Source: Squalus acanthias
Taxonomy: Eukaryota
Direction: 5' to 3'
Assembly (NCBI GenBank): GCA_030390025.1
Contig: CM059438.1
Location: 62,126,001-62,190,000 of the forward strand
Length of the DNA: 64,000 bases
Made by a program: the position numbers and the translations under genes. The stretch's first letter is position 1; each line of letters starts with the position of its first letter. A model generated the notes under the pieces. That model did no database searches. It was not told where the DNA came from and worked only from the letters and a program-made list of their open reading frames with translations. Positions 33,768 through 46,212 of this stretch are shown one piece after another.

Positions 33768-36700
33768 AACAACTACTTGTATTTATATAGCGCCTTTAAC
33801 GTAGTAAAACGTCCCAAGGCGCTTCACAGGAGTGTTAAAAGACAAAAAATTTGACACCGAGCCACATAAGGAGAAATGAGGGCAGGTGACCAAAAGCTTG
33901 GTCAAAGAGGTAGGTTTTAAGGAGCGTCTTAAAGGAGGAAAAAGGTTGCGAGGCTGAGAGGTTTAGGAAGGGAATTCCAGAGCTTAGGGCCTAGGCAACA
34001 GAAGGCACGGCCACCAATGGTTGAGTGATTATAATCAGGGATGCTCGAGGGCAGAATTAGAGGAGCGCAGATATCTCGGGGTGGGGCTGGAGGAGATTAC
34101 AGAGATAGGGAGGGGCGAGGCCATGGAGGGATTTGAAAGCAAGGATGAGAATTTTGAAATTGAGGCATTGCTTAACCGGGAGCCAATGTAGGTCAGCGCG
34201 CGCAGGGGTGATGGGCGAACGGGACTTGGTGCGAGATAGGACACGGGCAGCAGAGTTTTGTATGACCTCAAGACCTCATGTGGGAGGCCAGCCAGGAGTG
34301 CGTTGGAATAGTCAAGTCTAGAGGTAACAAAGGCATGGATGAGGGTTTCAGCAGTGGATGAGCTGAGGCAAGGGCGGAGACGGGCGATGTTACGGAGGTG
34401 GAAATAGGCGGTCTTAGTTATGCTGCGGATATGTGGTCGGAAGCTCATTTCAAGGTCAAATATGACACCAAGGTTGCGAACAGTGTGGTTCAGACTCAGA
34501 CGGATGTTAGGTGGAGGGATGGAATCAGTGGCAGGGACCAAAAACAATGGCTTCGGTCTTCCCAATATTTAATTGGAGAAAATTTCTGCTCATCCAGAAC
34601 TGGATCTCGGACAAGCAGTGAGACAATTCAAGAGACCGTGGAGGGGTCGAGAGAAGTGGTAGTGAGGTAGAGCTGGATGTCGTCAGCATACATGTGGAAA
34701 CTGACGCTGTATTTTCAGATGAGGTCGCCAAGCGGCAACATGTAGATGAGAAATAGGAGGGGGCCACTAGAGATAATGATGCGGGAGTGGGAAGAGAAGC
34801 CATTGCAGTTGATTCTCTGTCTACGATTAGATAGATAAGAATGGAACCAGGCGAGTGCAGTCCCACCCACTGGACAACATAGAAACATAGAAGATAGGAG
34901 CAGGAGTAGGCCATTCGGCCATTTAATGAGATCTAAATTCAGTACCCTGTCCCTGCTTTCTCCCCATATCCCTTGATCCCTTTAGCCTTAAGAAATATAT
35001 CTAACTCCTTCTTGAATATATTTAATGAATTGGCCTCAACTGCCTTCTGTGGTAGAGAATTCCACAGGTTCACCACTCTCTGGGTGAAGAAATTCCTCCT
35101 CATCTCAGTCCTAAATGGCTACCCCTTATCCTTAGACTGTGACCCCTGGTTCTGGACTCCCCCCCCCCCCCCTATCGGGAACATCCTTCCTGCATCTAGT
35201 CTGTCTAGTCCTGTTAGAATTTTATAAGTTTCAATGAGATCCCCTCTCATTCTTCTAAACTCTAGCGAATATAAGCCTAATCGACCCAATCTCTCCTCAT
35301 ACGTCATTCCTGCCATCCCAGGTATCAGTCTGGTGAATCTTCGCTGCACTCCCTCCATGGCAAGAACATCCTTCCTCAGATAAGGCGACCAAAACTGCAC
35401 ACAATACTCAAGATGTGGTCTCACCAAGGCCCTGTACAACTGCAGCAAGACATCCTTGCTCCTGTACTCGAATCCTCTCGCTATGAAGGCCAACATACCA
35501 TTTGCCGCTTTAACCGCCTGCTGCACCTGCATGCTTACCTTCAGCGACTGGTGCACAAGGACACCCAGGTCTCGTTGCACTTCCCCTTTTCCCAATCTAT
35601 TGCCGTTCAGATAATCTGCCTTCCTGTTTTTGCTACCAAAGTGGATAACCTCGCATTTATCCACATTATACTGCATCTGCCATGCATCTTTCCAAATCAT
35701 ACTGGAGTTTCTCTGCATCCTCCTCACAGCACACACGCCCACCCAGCTTTGTGTCGTCTGCAAACTTGGAGATATTACATCTAGTTCCCTCGTCTAGATC
35801 ATTAATATATATTGTGAATAACTGGGGTCCTAGCACCGATCCCTGCGGTACCCCACTAGTCACTGCCTGCCACTCGGAAAAAGACCCATTTATTCCAACT
35901 CTTTGCTTCCTGTCTGCCAACCAGTTCTCTATCCAAGTCAGTACCTTACCCCCAATCCCATGTGCTTTAACTTTGCACGCTAATCTCTTATGCGGGACCT
36001 GATCGAATGCCTTCTGAAAGTCCAAATACACCACATCCACTGGTTCTCCCTTATCTATTCTACCAGTTACATCCTCAAAAAATTCCAGTAGATTAGTCAA
36101 GCATGATTTACCTTTTGTAAATCCATGTTGACTTTGTCCGATCCTGTCACTGTTTTCCAAGTGCTCTGCTATTACATCTTTTATAATGGACTCTAACATT
36201 TTCCCCACTACCGATGTCAGGCTTACCGGTTTATAATTCCCCATTTTCTCTCTCCCACCTTTTTTAAATAGTGGGGTTACATTTGCTACCCTCCAATCCA
36301 TGGGAACTGTTCCAGAGTCTATAGAATTTTGGAAGATGACCAGCAATGCATCTACTATTTCTAGGGCCACTTCCTTAAGTACCCTAGGCTGTAGATTATC
36401 AGGCCCTGGGGATTTATCGGCCTTTAATCCCGTCAATTTCCCAAACACCATTTCCCTACAAATACTGATTTCATTCAGTTCCTCCCTCTCATTAGACCCT
36501 ATGTTCCCTGACATCTCTGGGAGGTTATTTGTGTCCTCCTTTCAAAGACAGAATCAAAGTATGCATTTAATTGGTCTGCCATTTCTTTGTTTCCCCATTA
36601 TAAATTCCCCTGATTTTCTCCTCACATATCTATCGAAGCTTTTACAGTCAGTCTTTATGTTCCCTGCAAGCTTACTCTCATACTCTATTTTCCCCTTCTT

Positions 36701-39298
36701 AATTAATCCCTTTGTCCTCCTTTGCTGAATCCTAAACTGCTCCCAGTCCTCAAGTTTGCTACTTTTTCTGGCCAATTTATATGTCCTCTCCTTGGATCTT
36801 ATGCTATCCCTAATTTCCCTTATTAGCCAGGGTTGAGTCACCTTTTTTGTTTTATTTTTATGCCAAACAGAGATGAACAAATTCTGTAGTTCATCCATGC
36901 GATCTTTAAATGTTTGCCATTGCCTATCCACCGTCAACCCTTCAAGTAACGTTCCCCAATCCATCCTAGCCAACTCGCACCTCATACCATCATAGTTTCC
37001 TTTATTTAAATTTAGGACCCTAGTCTCTGAGTCAACTACTTCAGTCTCCATCTTAATGAAGAATTCTATCTTATTATGATCGCTCCTCCCCAAGGGGCCT
37101 CGCACAACAAGATTGCTAATTAATCCTTTCTCATTACATAATACCCAGTCTAAGATGGCCTGATCTCTAGTTGGTTCCTCGACATATTGGTCCAGGAAAC
37201 CATCCCGGATACACTCTAGGAATTCCTCCTCCACAGTATTGTTACTAATTTGGTTAGCGCAATCTATATGTAGATTAAAGTCACCCATGATAACTGCTGT
37301 GCCCTTATTGCACGCGTCTCTAATTTCCCGTTTAATGCCATCCCCAACCTCACCATTATTGTTTGGGGGTCTGTATACAACTCCCACTAATGTTTTCTGC
37401 CCCTTGGTATTTCTCAGCTCTACCAATACAGATTCCACGTCATCAGAGCTAATATCCTTCCTTACTATTGTGTTAATCTCCTCTTTAACCAGCAATGCTA
37501 CCCCACCTCCTTTTCCTTTTTGCCTGTCCTTCCTGAATATTGAATACCCCTGGATATTGAATTCCCAGCCTTGGTCACCCTGGAGCCGTGTCTCCGTAAT
37601 CCCAATTGTATCATATCCGTTTACATCTATTTGCGCAGCTAATTCATCCACCTTGTTACGAATGCTCCTTGCATTAAGACACAAAGCCTTCAGGCTTGTT
37701 TTTTTAATACTCTTAGACCTTTTAGAATTATTATTTACTGTGGCCATGTTTGATTTACACCCTTGATTTCTCTGACTTCCACTTTTGCTTTTCTCCTTCC
37801 TGTCTTTTGCTTCTATCCTTGCTTCCCTTTCCTCTGTCTCCCTGCACAGGTTCCCAAACCCCTGCCATTTTAGTTTAAACCCTCCCCAACAGCACTAGCA
37901 AACACTCCCCCGAGGACATCGGTCCCGGTCCTGTCCAGGTGCAAACCATCCAGTTTGTACTGGTCCCACCTCCCCCAGAACCGGTTCCAATGTCCCAGGA
38001 ATTTGAATCCCTCCCCCTTGCACCATTCCTCTAGCCACGTATTCATCTGGAGAGGCGTTGGAGAAGGATGGAATGGTCAACTCTGTCAAAGGCTGCAGAC
38101 AAGTCAAGAAGGACGAGGAAGGATAGTTTACATTTGTCACAGTCACAAAGGATGTCATTTGTAACTTTGAGAACCGTTTCGGTACTGTGGCAAGGACGGA
38201 AACATGATTGGAGGGATTCAAACATGGAATTGCAGGAAAGATGGGCACGGGTTTGGGAGGTGACAACGCGTTCAAGGACTTTGGAGAGGAAAGGGAGGTT
38301 GGAGATGGGGCAGTAGTTTGCAAGGACGGAGGGGTCCAGGGTTGTTTTTTTGAGGAGAGGGGTGATGACAGCAGATGTGAGGGAGAGTGGGACAGTACCT
38401 GAGGAGAGAGAACCGTTAACAATGTCAGATAACATGGGAGCCAGAAAAGAAAGTTGGGTGGTCAGCAGTTTGGTGGGAATAGGGTCGAGGGAGCAGGAGG
38501 TGGGTCTCATGGACAAGATGAGCGCGGAGAGGTCATGAGGGGAGATCGGAGAGAGGCTGGAGAAAGATGAGAGTTCAGGGCTAGGGCAGGGGGGGGACCT
38601 TAGAGGAAGTTTGGCCCAGTGGGCTAGAGGAAGGAAGGCAAGTGGCAGAGGCAGCTGATCGGATGGTCTCAATCTTAGAAACAAAGAAGTCCATGAATTC
38701 CTCACACTTGTTATCGGAGGTGAGGGTGGAGGAGACGGGAGAGGGGTTTAAGAAGATGGTTGTCAGTAGAGAATAGGAGCCGGGGTTTATCTTTGCATTC
38801 CAGAATGATTCTGGAATAGTGAGCGATTTTGGCAGACGAGAGCAGGACCCGATAATGCGTTATGTGCTCCAGCCAGATCTAGCGGTGAATGGCTAAACCA
38901 GTTGTCTGCCATATCCGTTCAAGTCTGCGTCCCTTGGACTTAAGGGAGCGAACATAAGGGCCGTACCAGGAGGGACGGTCAGGGTGAGAGAGAGTAATTG
39001 TTTTAATAGGGACTAGGGCATCAAAGGTGGTGGTGAGGGTGTGGTTGAGCAGATCGGTAGCTGCAGAAATGTCGTGGTGAATGGAGGGCAGTTTAGATTT
39101 CATAAGTGCAGTTGTACGAGAGTTAGGAGAGAGATTTTCCAGGGGCGGACACAGAAGAAAGTAGAGTTGGGGGTGGAAGGGGGATGTGGGTGGAGAGCGA
39201 TACGAGGAAGTGGTCAGAGATGGCCTTATCTGCGATTGACACGATGGGAGTAGCGAGGCCACGAGAGATGACCAGGTCGAGGGGGCGGCCATGAATAT
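33768..39298 (-). mobile_element. L2-clade LINE (ORF2 remnants) with a nested CR1
   Basis: 38043..38705 SCSLDPIPT, NYCPISNLPFLSKVLE, LLDLSAAFD; 34035..34565 RNLGVIFD, HAFVTSRLDYSN; the two halves rejoin across 34880-38048. Confidence 0.88.
34881..38048 (-). mobile_element. CR1 LINE: end of ORF1 (SGNH esterase), APE endonuclease, RT, 3' UTR
   Basis: ORFs 36554..37747 (LNARS, GITET, GDFN, SDH), 35666..36514 and 35119..35763 (FADD); DGLHL in another frame at 37860-38048. Confidence 0.93.
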
Positions 39299-39299
39299 A

Positions 39300-40600
39300 A
39301 TATAGAATCATGCTGGCTCTCTGCAAGAGCACTTCAGCTAGTCCCACTCTCCTGCCCTTTCCCCGTAGCCCTGCAAATGTTTTTCCTTCAGCTACTTATC
39401 CAATTCCCTTTTGAAAGCCACTATTGAGTCTGCCTCCACCACCCTTTCAGGCAGTGCATTCCAGATCCTAACCACTCGCTGCGTAAATTTTTTTTCCCTC
39501 ATGCTGCCTTTGGTTCTTTTGCCAATCACCTTCAATCTGTGTCCTCTGGTTCTTGACCCTTCTATCAATGGGAACAGTTTCTTTCTATCCACTCTGTCTC
39601 GACCCATCATGATTTTGATCACCTCTATCAAATCTCCTCTCAACCTTCTCTGCTCTAGTCTATCCATGTAACTGAAGTCCCTCATCCCTGGAACCATTCT
39701 CGTAAATCTTTTCTGCAACCTCTCTAAGGCCTTCACATCCTTCCTAAAGTGCGGTGCCCAGAATTGGACACAATACTCCAGTTGAGGCCGAACCAGTGTT
39801 TTATAACTTCCTTGCTTTTGCACACTCTGCCTCTATTTATGAAAAAGCTTTTCGTTTTACATACAGACGGCAGCTTTTGACACGTTAGAACCCCTGCGAC
39901 TACACCTCATTGTCTCAGTTGTATCTTGCTATGTCTTTGATGTGGTACCTTCCTGGCTGACTTAATTAACTTTATCACACCTCGGCAGATAGTCAGGATG
40001 ATTTAATTTATTGGTCTGCAATTGTAAAGTACACATGCTCTGTTTTCCATCTATATATGCTTTGGAGATTCTGTATCTAATTTACTTCACCTGAGGAAGG
40101 AGCAAATCGATAGCTCCGAAAGCTTGTGATTTCAAATAAAACTGTTGGACTATAACCTGGTGTTGTGCGACCTCTCAATTCTATTTATGAAGCCCAGGAT
40201 CCCGTATGCTTTTTTAACCGCTTTCTCAACCTGCCCTGCCACCTTCAACAATATGTGCACATATGCCCCCAGGCCTCTCTGTTCATGCACCCACTTTAGG
40301 ATTGTACCCTCTAGTTTATATTGCCTCTCCTCATTCTTTCTACCAAAATGTATCACTTCACACCTTTCTGTGTTAAATTTCATCTGCCACGTGTCCGCCC
40401 ATTTCACCAGCCTGTCTAAGTCTTCTTGAAGTCTATCACTCTCCTCTTCACTGTTCACTATACTTCCAAGTTTTGTGTCATCTGCAAATTTTGAAATTGT
40501 ACCCTGTACACCCAAGTCCAAGTCATTAATATATATCAAAAAAAGCAGTCGTCCTACTACCAACCCCTGGGGGACAACACTGTATACCTTCCTCCAGTTC
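39300..40600 (-). mobile_element. CR1 3' part split by a PLE insertion
   Basis: ORFs 39392..39823 and 40150..40608 closely match the CR1 at 1-1653. Confidence 0.9.
39844..40179 (+). mobile_element. PLE family B 3' UTR fragment, tail-less, with intact sense-strand hammerhead (40087-40129)
   Basis: 12-bp TSD tctatttatgaa at 39832-39843 and 40180-40191; tcac-CTGAGGA-a-GGAGC aaatcgata GCTCC-GAAA-gc-TT-gtga; UTR blocks shared with 7341-7560. Confidence 0.85.
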
Positions 40601-40627
40601 GGGATCAATTGAAACCAAATTTTATTC

Positions 40628-40731
40628 TAAAATAAAAACAGAAAATGCTGGAAACACTCAGCAGGTCAGGCAGCATCTGTGGAGAGAGAAACAGAGTTAA
40701 CGTTTCAGGTCGATGACCCTTTGTCAGAACT
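40628..40731 (-). mobile_element. Solo PLE family A 3' end, hammerhead core decayed (CTGACAA)
   Basis: Matches the left arm at 10029; similar fragments at 11793-11848(-), 43088-43265(-) and 44120-44215(+). Confidence 0.85.
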
Positions 40732-41064
40732 AAACTTTGGGTTTTTCTCAGTTGATTTGGTGGCATGGCATGGTAATTTCATAAGGTCCTAGGTTTGTTC
40801 TCTGCTCAGTGCTGAGTCACCTGATCCCAGCCGAGGTGGCACTGGCAGCAATACATTCAGGCTGCATGCTCTTGGGCTAAGGTAGGGAAAATGGCTTTTT
40901 GCTAACGGTTATTATTACTGCTGTAGGTTTCCGTGTTTCCTGCTTACAGAGTGTTATGCCGGCGTGAAGTGCTATTGCTTGGGGGGGAAAAAAAACAATT
41001 CAGGTTTCTCTTAACCAGCTCTCCCATAGAGCTGTAGGTAAACTGGAATCTTGTTGGTTTAGAG

Positions 41065-42291
41065 CACTGTTGTCCAATAGGCTAGCTAGTAGCCACATGT
41101 GGCTATCTGGGAATCCCGATGTGGCTAATTTCATTTCTGACTAGTAAATAATAATGAGTGATTACATAGGATATACAGCACAGAAACAGGCCATTCGGCC
41201 CAACCAGTCCATGCCGGCATTTATGCTCCACTCGAGCCTCCTCCCGTCTTTCCTCATCTAACTCTGTCAGCATAACCCTCTATTCCCTTTTCCCTCATCC
41301 CTCATCCCTCATATGCTTGTCCAGCCTCCCCTTAAATGCATCTATACTATTCGCTTCAACCACTCCCTGTGATGACCTGGCTGGGGAATCTCGAACGCGG
41401 GGTCGCAGTCTCAGAATAAGGGGTCGGCTATTTAGGACTGAGATGAGGAGAAATTTCTTCACTCAAAGGGTTGTGAATCTTTGGCATTCTCTACCCCAGA
41501 GAGCTGTGGATGCTCAGTCGTTGAGTATATTCAAGAGAGGTTGAATAATATTTGGGGAATTAAGGGATATGGGGATAGTGCGGGAAGGTGAAGTTGAAGT
41601 AGAAGATCAGCCATGATCTTGTTGAATAGCGGAGCAGGCTCAAAGGACCAAATGGCCTACTCCAGCTCCATGTTTTTTATGTTTAATACTCTTTTGCACG
41701 GCGTATGCATGTGTACTTTAACGTTTTTGTGTGTTTGTTGGTAAAATGGCAAGATAAAAAGCAGTGTGTCACTTTTTGATTGTTGGGAGTGCTTTACTTC
41801 CTTGGTTACTGAATGGTGGTAGATGTTAAGTAAAAAAGAAAAAAACTTGCATTTATATAATGCTTTTCACCACCTCAGGACATCCCAAAGCGCTTTACAG
41901 CCAATGAAGTACTTTTTGAAGTGTAGTCACTGTTGTAACGTTGGAAACGTGGCAACCAAACTCCCACAAACAACAATGAGATAATGACCAGATAATCTGT
42001 TTTTGTGATGTTGATTGAGGGATAAATATTGGCCAGGATACCAGGGATAACTCCCCTGCTCTTCTTCGAAATAGTGCCGTGGGATCTTTTACGCCTACCT
42101 GAGAGAGCAGACAGGGCCTCAGTTTAATGTCTCATCCGAAAGATGAAAGTAAATATGCAGATGTGAAGTACATTTACCTGTATTGTGTGACTGTATGCAA
42201 AGCGTTTTTTACTAAAATAGTGCATGTGGCTAAAATGGTATCGCCATAGCCACACCTGTGGCTAGTCAGCAATTTCTATTGGATGACATTG
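41065..42291. mobile_element. hAT-Charlie (MER3/MER33-like) non-autonomous element with nested retroposons
   Basis: TIRs cactgttgtccaatag / ctattggatgacattg; subterminal tagccacatgtggcta palindromes; 8-bp TSD gtttagag / atttagag; holds CR1 tails (41163-41370 -, 41375-41683 +) and a Deu-SINE. Confidence 0.8.
41835..42143 (-). mobile_element. 5'-truncated Deu-domain SINE
   Basis: Reverse complement of 2335-2652. Confidence 0.85.
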
Positions 42292-42307
42292 ATTTAGAGT
42301 AGCTGTA

Positions 42308-42976
42308 TATAGAATCATACAACACAGAAGGAGGCCATTCGGCCCATCATGTCTGTTGCTGGCTCTTTGAAAGAGCCATCCAATTAGTTCCACTCCCCTG
42401 CTCTTTCCCCACAGCCCTGCAAATTTCTCCTTTTCAAGCATGTATCCAATTCCCTTTTGAAAGTTACTTTTGAATCTGCTTCCACCATCTTTTCAGGTAG
42501 TACATTCCAGATCATTATAACTCGCTGCATAAAAATAAATCTCATTTCCCCCCCTGGATTTTTTTGCCAATTATCTTAACTCTGTGAGAGGAGATTTGAT
42601 AGAAGTGTTCAAAATCATGGGTCTGGACAGAGTAGATAGAGAGAAACTGTTCACATTGGCAGAAGGGTCGAGAACCAGAGGACACAGATTTAAGGTGATT
42701 GGCAAAAGAACCAAAGGTGATGTAAGAAAAAACTTTTTTACGCAGCGAGTGGTTAAGATCTGGAATGCGCTGACTGAAAGGGTGGTGGAGGCAGACTCAA
42801 TTTTATCTTTCAAAAGGGAGTTGGATAAGTATATCTGAAGGAAATAAAATTGCAGGGCTATGGGGAAAGGCCGGGGGAGTGGGACTAGCTGAGAGTTGGC
42901 ACGGGCTAGACGGGCCGAATGGCCTCCTTCTGTGCTGTAACCATTCTATGATTCTGTGGCCTCTGGTTACCGACCT
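42308..42976. mobile_element. Plus-strand CR1 tail (42586-42952) inserted into a minus-strand CR1 tail
   Basis: Host ...ttatcttaa-tctgtg [insert] tctgtg-gcctctggttaccgacc. Confidence 0.8.
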
Positions 42977-44243
42977 GATAATATAAATATATATAATATA
43001 ATCTTTTAAAAGTGGAATTGCGCATGGGATTGAGGATAGCCTTATTTAGGATGGGTTTAGCTGATGCTGTAACTGTGTATCTGAAAAAGCCAAAATCTAC
43101 AAATGTTGCAAATCTGAAACAGAAACAGAAAATAGTCCAGCAGCATTGTTGGAGAGAAGAGACAGGTTGATAGTTTGGGTCCGGTTCTTTTTCAGAACTG
43201 AAAAGTGACAGATCAGCAAGTATTTTAATGAAATCTGACAATAAAGGCAGAGGAAAAACGAGCAGATACTCCAGGCAGAGAGAAAGAAAGTTAGTTGGTG
43301 AATGACCTGTGGCCTTTTCTTCCTGATGCCCCTGTGAAGTGCCTTAGGATGTTTTTCTATGTTAAAGGTCCTCTGTAAATGCAAGTTCTTGTTGTGGTAA
43401 CCCGCTTAAACGAAAAGCAGGAGATTGTTTGGTCTTTTCAGTGTCGGTGAGACTGCACTGCCATGCAAAAAATTAGTCTAGCAATAGAGAGAAGCGGTGA
43501 GCTGCCTACAGTCGTGAGAGACTTGCCCAAGGAATAGGCAGGAAAATTGGGGAAACTGAAGAAGCAGAAAGCCTGCACATCAGATCTGAAATTAAAACCC
43601 AAAATGTTGGCAAAGTACAGTAGGCCTGCCAATCCTAAAAAGAAAAAAAGTAGGGCAACACCAAAGCCACAGAACCACCCACCACCACCACTCCCACCAC
43701 CAGCACTTTTTTGATGTAGGGTCTCTGTCCCAAACATTATCTTGATGCCCCTTTCCCACCTCTGAGATAGGAATTGCTTGATGAAAAAAGACCGAAGTCC
43801 ATCTAGTTCGCCTTCTACCGCCCTGGGAGTCGTACGATACAATGATAATGGAGTCGTTGACTACTCATCGCAATCAATCTCTCTCAATTAGTCTGCAACA
43901 GACCCAGACATTACACGAAGGAAACCCCAGTGGTGGAGAGCTTTGGGAACCATAGGTCCAAAGTCACCTTGATGATCTTCTACATCTAATAGTATCCTGA
44001 TTTTCTTTTAAGCAGACTGCAAGTGATGCATTGGCTAACTCCCTCTCTGTGCTTGGATTATCTGTTTGTTTTTTTCCCTCCCCCCTCCTTTTCTGATTCT
44101 ATTAAAATGTTTTTTTTTAAGTTCTGAAGAAGAGTTCTGCCCAAACTGTTGACTTGTCTATTCTCTCCACAGATGCTGACTGGTGTGTTGCGGCTTTCCA
44201 GCGTTTTGTTTCTGAACTATCTCTTGCCTTTCTGTCTCTGTAG

Positions 44244-44412
44244 TATCCACGAGTACCGATTGTCCAGCTGGCTAGCGCAGCAAGAAGATATCCATCGAAT
44301 TGTGCTGTACCAGTCCGACAGCAGCATGACTCCCTGGACCCAGCGCTGTATCAGGCAGGCTGATTGCATCCTTATTGTCGGGCTGGGAGAGCAGGAGCCA
44401 ACAGTCGGAGAG
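44244..44412 (+). CDS. PNPLA7: PNPLA7-like exon E
   Basis: ctctgtag|TATC...GGAGAG|gtgggt; 169 nt, phase 2-0; (S)[56 protein letters not shown]. Confidence 0.95.
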
Positions 44413-45089
44413 GTGGGTCAAAAATTCAACTATGTGCGTCTTTTGAAGGAAATGCAATCACATACCTGCCCACCTTTCATTGTGTAGATCTATATCTCTG
44501 TATCAATAGACTGAATTTTTGTCTTTGGGCACAAAGAAACACAAGGAGATAGGGAGAGAGTGAATTACTTTTTTTAACGTTACTCTTCTTCAATAAAAGA
44601 TCCTGTCATATCATTGCTCTGACTGGAGAGGTTTTGTGTACCGTGGTCACACGGCTCCTTTGCTGTCTGCTGACTGTTTCAGAACCATTTCTATAGTAGA
44701 GTTTCACACACACACACACACACACACACTACAGTGCCTTCCAGTTTATTCCAAGAGTCCCATTGTATTTTTCTGGCCCTGAAATCTCACCAGAGTGAAA
44801 ACTTTGAGTATGACTTGATTGACCTCCCAGGCAAGAGGCCAGAGAAGTGTGCTTCGCCACACCAGGAAGGGAATGAAAGTCGGATACCAGGCATTCCGGG
44901 TTTCCAGTTTTATCTGCTTGCCGACTGGATTGAGTAGTGATGTATACTGTGAAGTGGAAATGCTCCACCTGTAAAACATGGTATTGTGACCAGCAGTGGG
45001 AGACACGGTGTAGTTGCGCGCACCATGGAGTGGTTCGGTGTAAGGCACGACCCTTCACGTCTGTAATCTGCGTATCGCTTTGTTTTCAG

Positions 45090-45272
45090 CTGGAGCGCAT
45101 GTTGGAGAACACAGCCGTGCGAGCCCTCAAACAACTCATCCTTCTACACAAGGAGGACGGGCCGACACCAGCACGCACCGTCGAGTGGCTCAACATGAGG
45201 AGCTGGTGCTCGGGTCATCTTCACCTCTGCTGCCCTCGCCGAGTTTTCTCTCGCAAGAGGCTGCCTAAACTG
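45090..45272 (+). CDS. PNPLA7: PNPLA7-like exon F
   Basis: tgttttcag|CTGGAG...AAACTG|gtaggg; 183 nt, phase 0-0; [61 protein letters not shown]. Confidence 0.95.
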
Positions 45273-45463
45273 GTAGGGGAACGAGGAAATGTATCTGGAT
45301 ATGGTTTGATTCCCCACGTTTTATTTTAAAGGAATCGCGGCCGTGCCATTTGTAGGGCCGCACTACGGAGAGGGGGAAGTAACGTCCCTTCTGTAATGGA
45401 ACACCCAAAAATTCACACAGTACCCCAACTGTGGCCTAACCATTGCCTTGTGCAAATTTATCT

Positions 45464-46212
45464 GGGCCAGAATTTCGGGTCGGAGGCTTCCCGCGGGTGC
45501 AAGACCCCAACCTGCACTTACCTAGCGCGCCTGCCATTGTGTTGTGGGCCCGCGTGGGATTCCGATCCTGGGCCTCCTCCAGCTGCCGGTGCGCAGTGCT
45601 TGCGTATCCCAGGGGCGCAGTTAGTTCGAAGCGTCCCCTGGGATCACGTGGGCCATGGAGAGCCAATCGGAGCAGGGAATCTCCATTCATAGATTTGACA
45701 GGAAGACCTGTCAAATCTATGAATAGAGATCGGCCCCAAAACCTAACTAAAACTTCAAATAATTTTTTTTTAAAAAAATCACATTTTTAAAAGAACTAAA
45801 TTACATAAATTAACTATTTTAAACAAATTTAAATTAAAAAAAAATTAATTACAGTTTTTAACGGGTCTAAAAATAAACTTCCCTTTCTTTAAAGTATTTA
45901 AAAAAGATAAACCTGTGGAAAAAATGTTTAAATTTTACTTAATTCACCACTTACCTTGTTAAAAGCAGGCCTTGCGCCTGCTTTTTCAATGCGCAGCTGC
46001 TAGGGACTCACCCTCACGGAGAGACCTGAAAAAAAACGGAAGTTCCAGGCGTACGCGCTGCCTCTCCGGCGCACGCGTTTGACCTCCGAACCCCTTCCTT
46101 CAAGGGAACGGAAGTTCCGGTTTCCAGGGCATGCGCGAAACCGGCACTTTCGTTGGGTCTACGGGTGAGTACACAGCGCGTACTCACCCGTGGAGACCCG
46201 AATTTCTGGCCC
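45464..46212. mobile_element. PIF/Harbinger-like MITE inside an old CR1 fragment
   Basis: TIRs gggccagaatttcgggtc / gacccgaatttctggccc; probable 3-bp TSD atc; perfect internal palindrome at 45685-45724. Confidence 0.75.
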
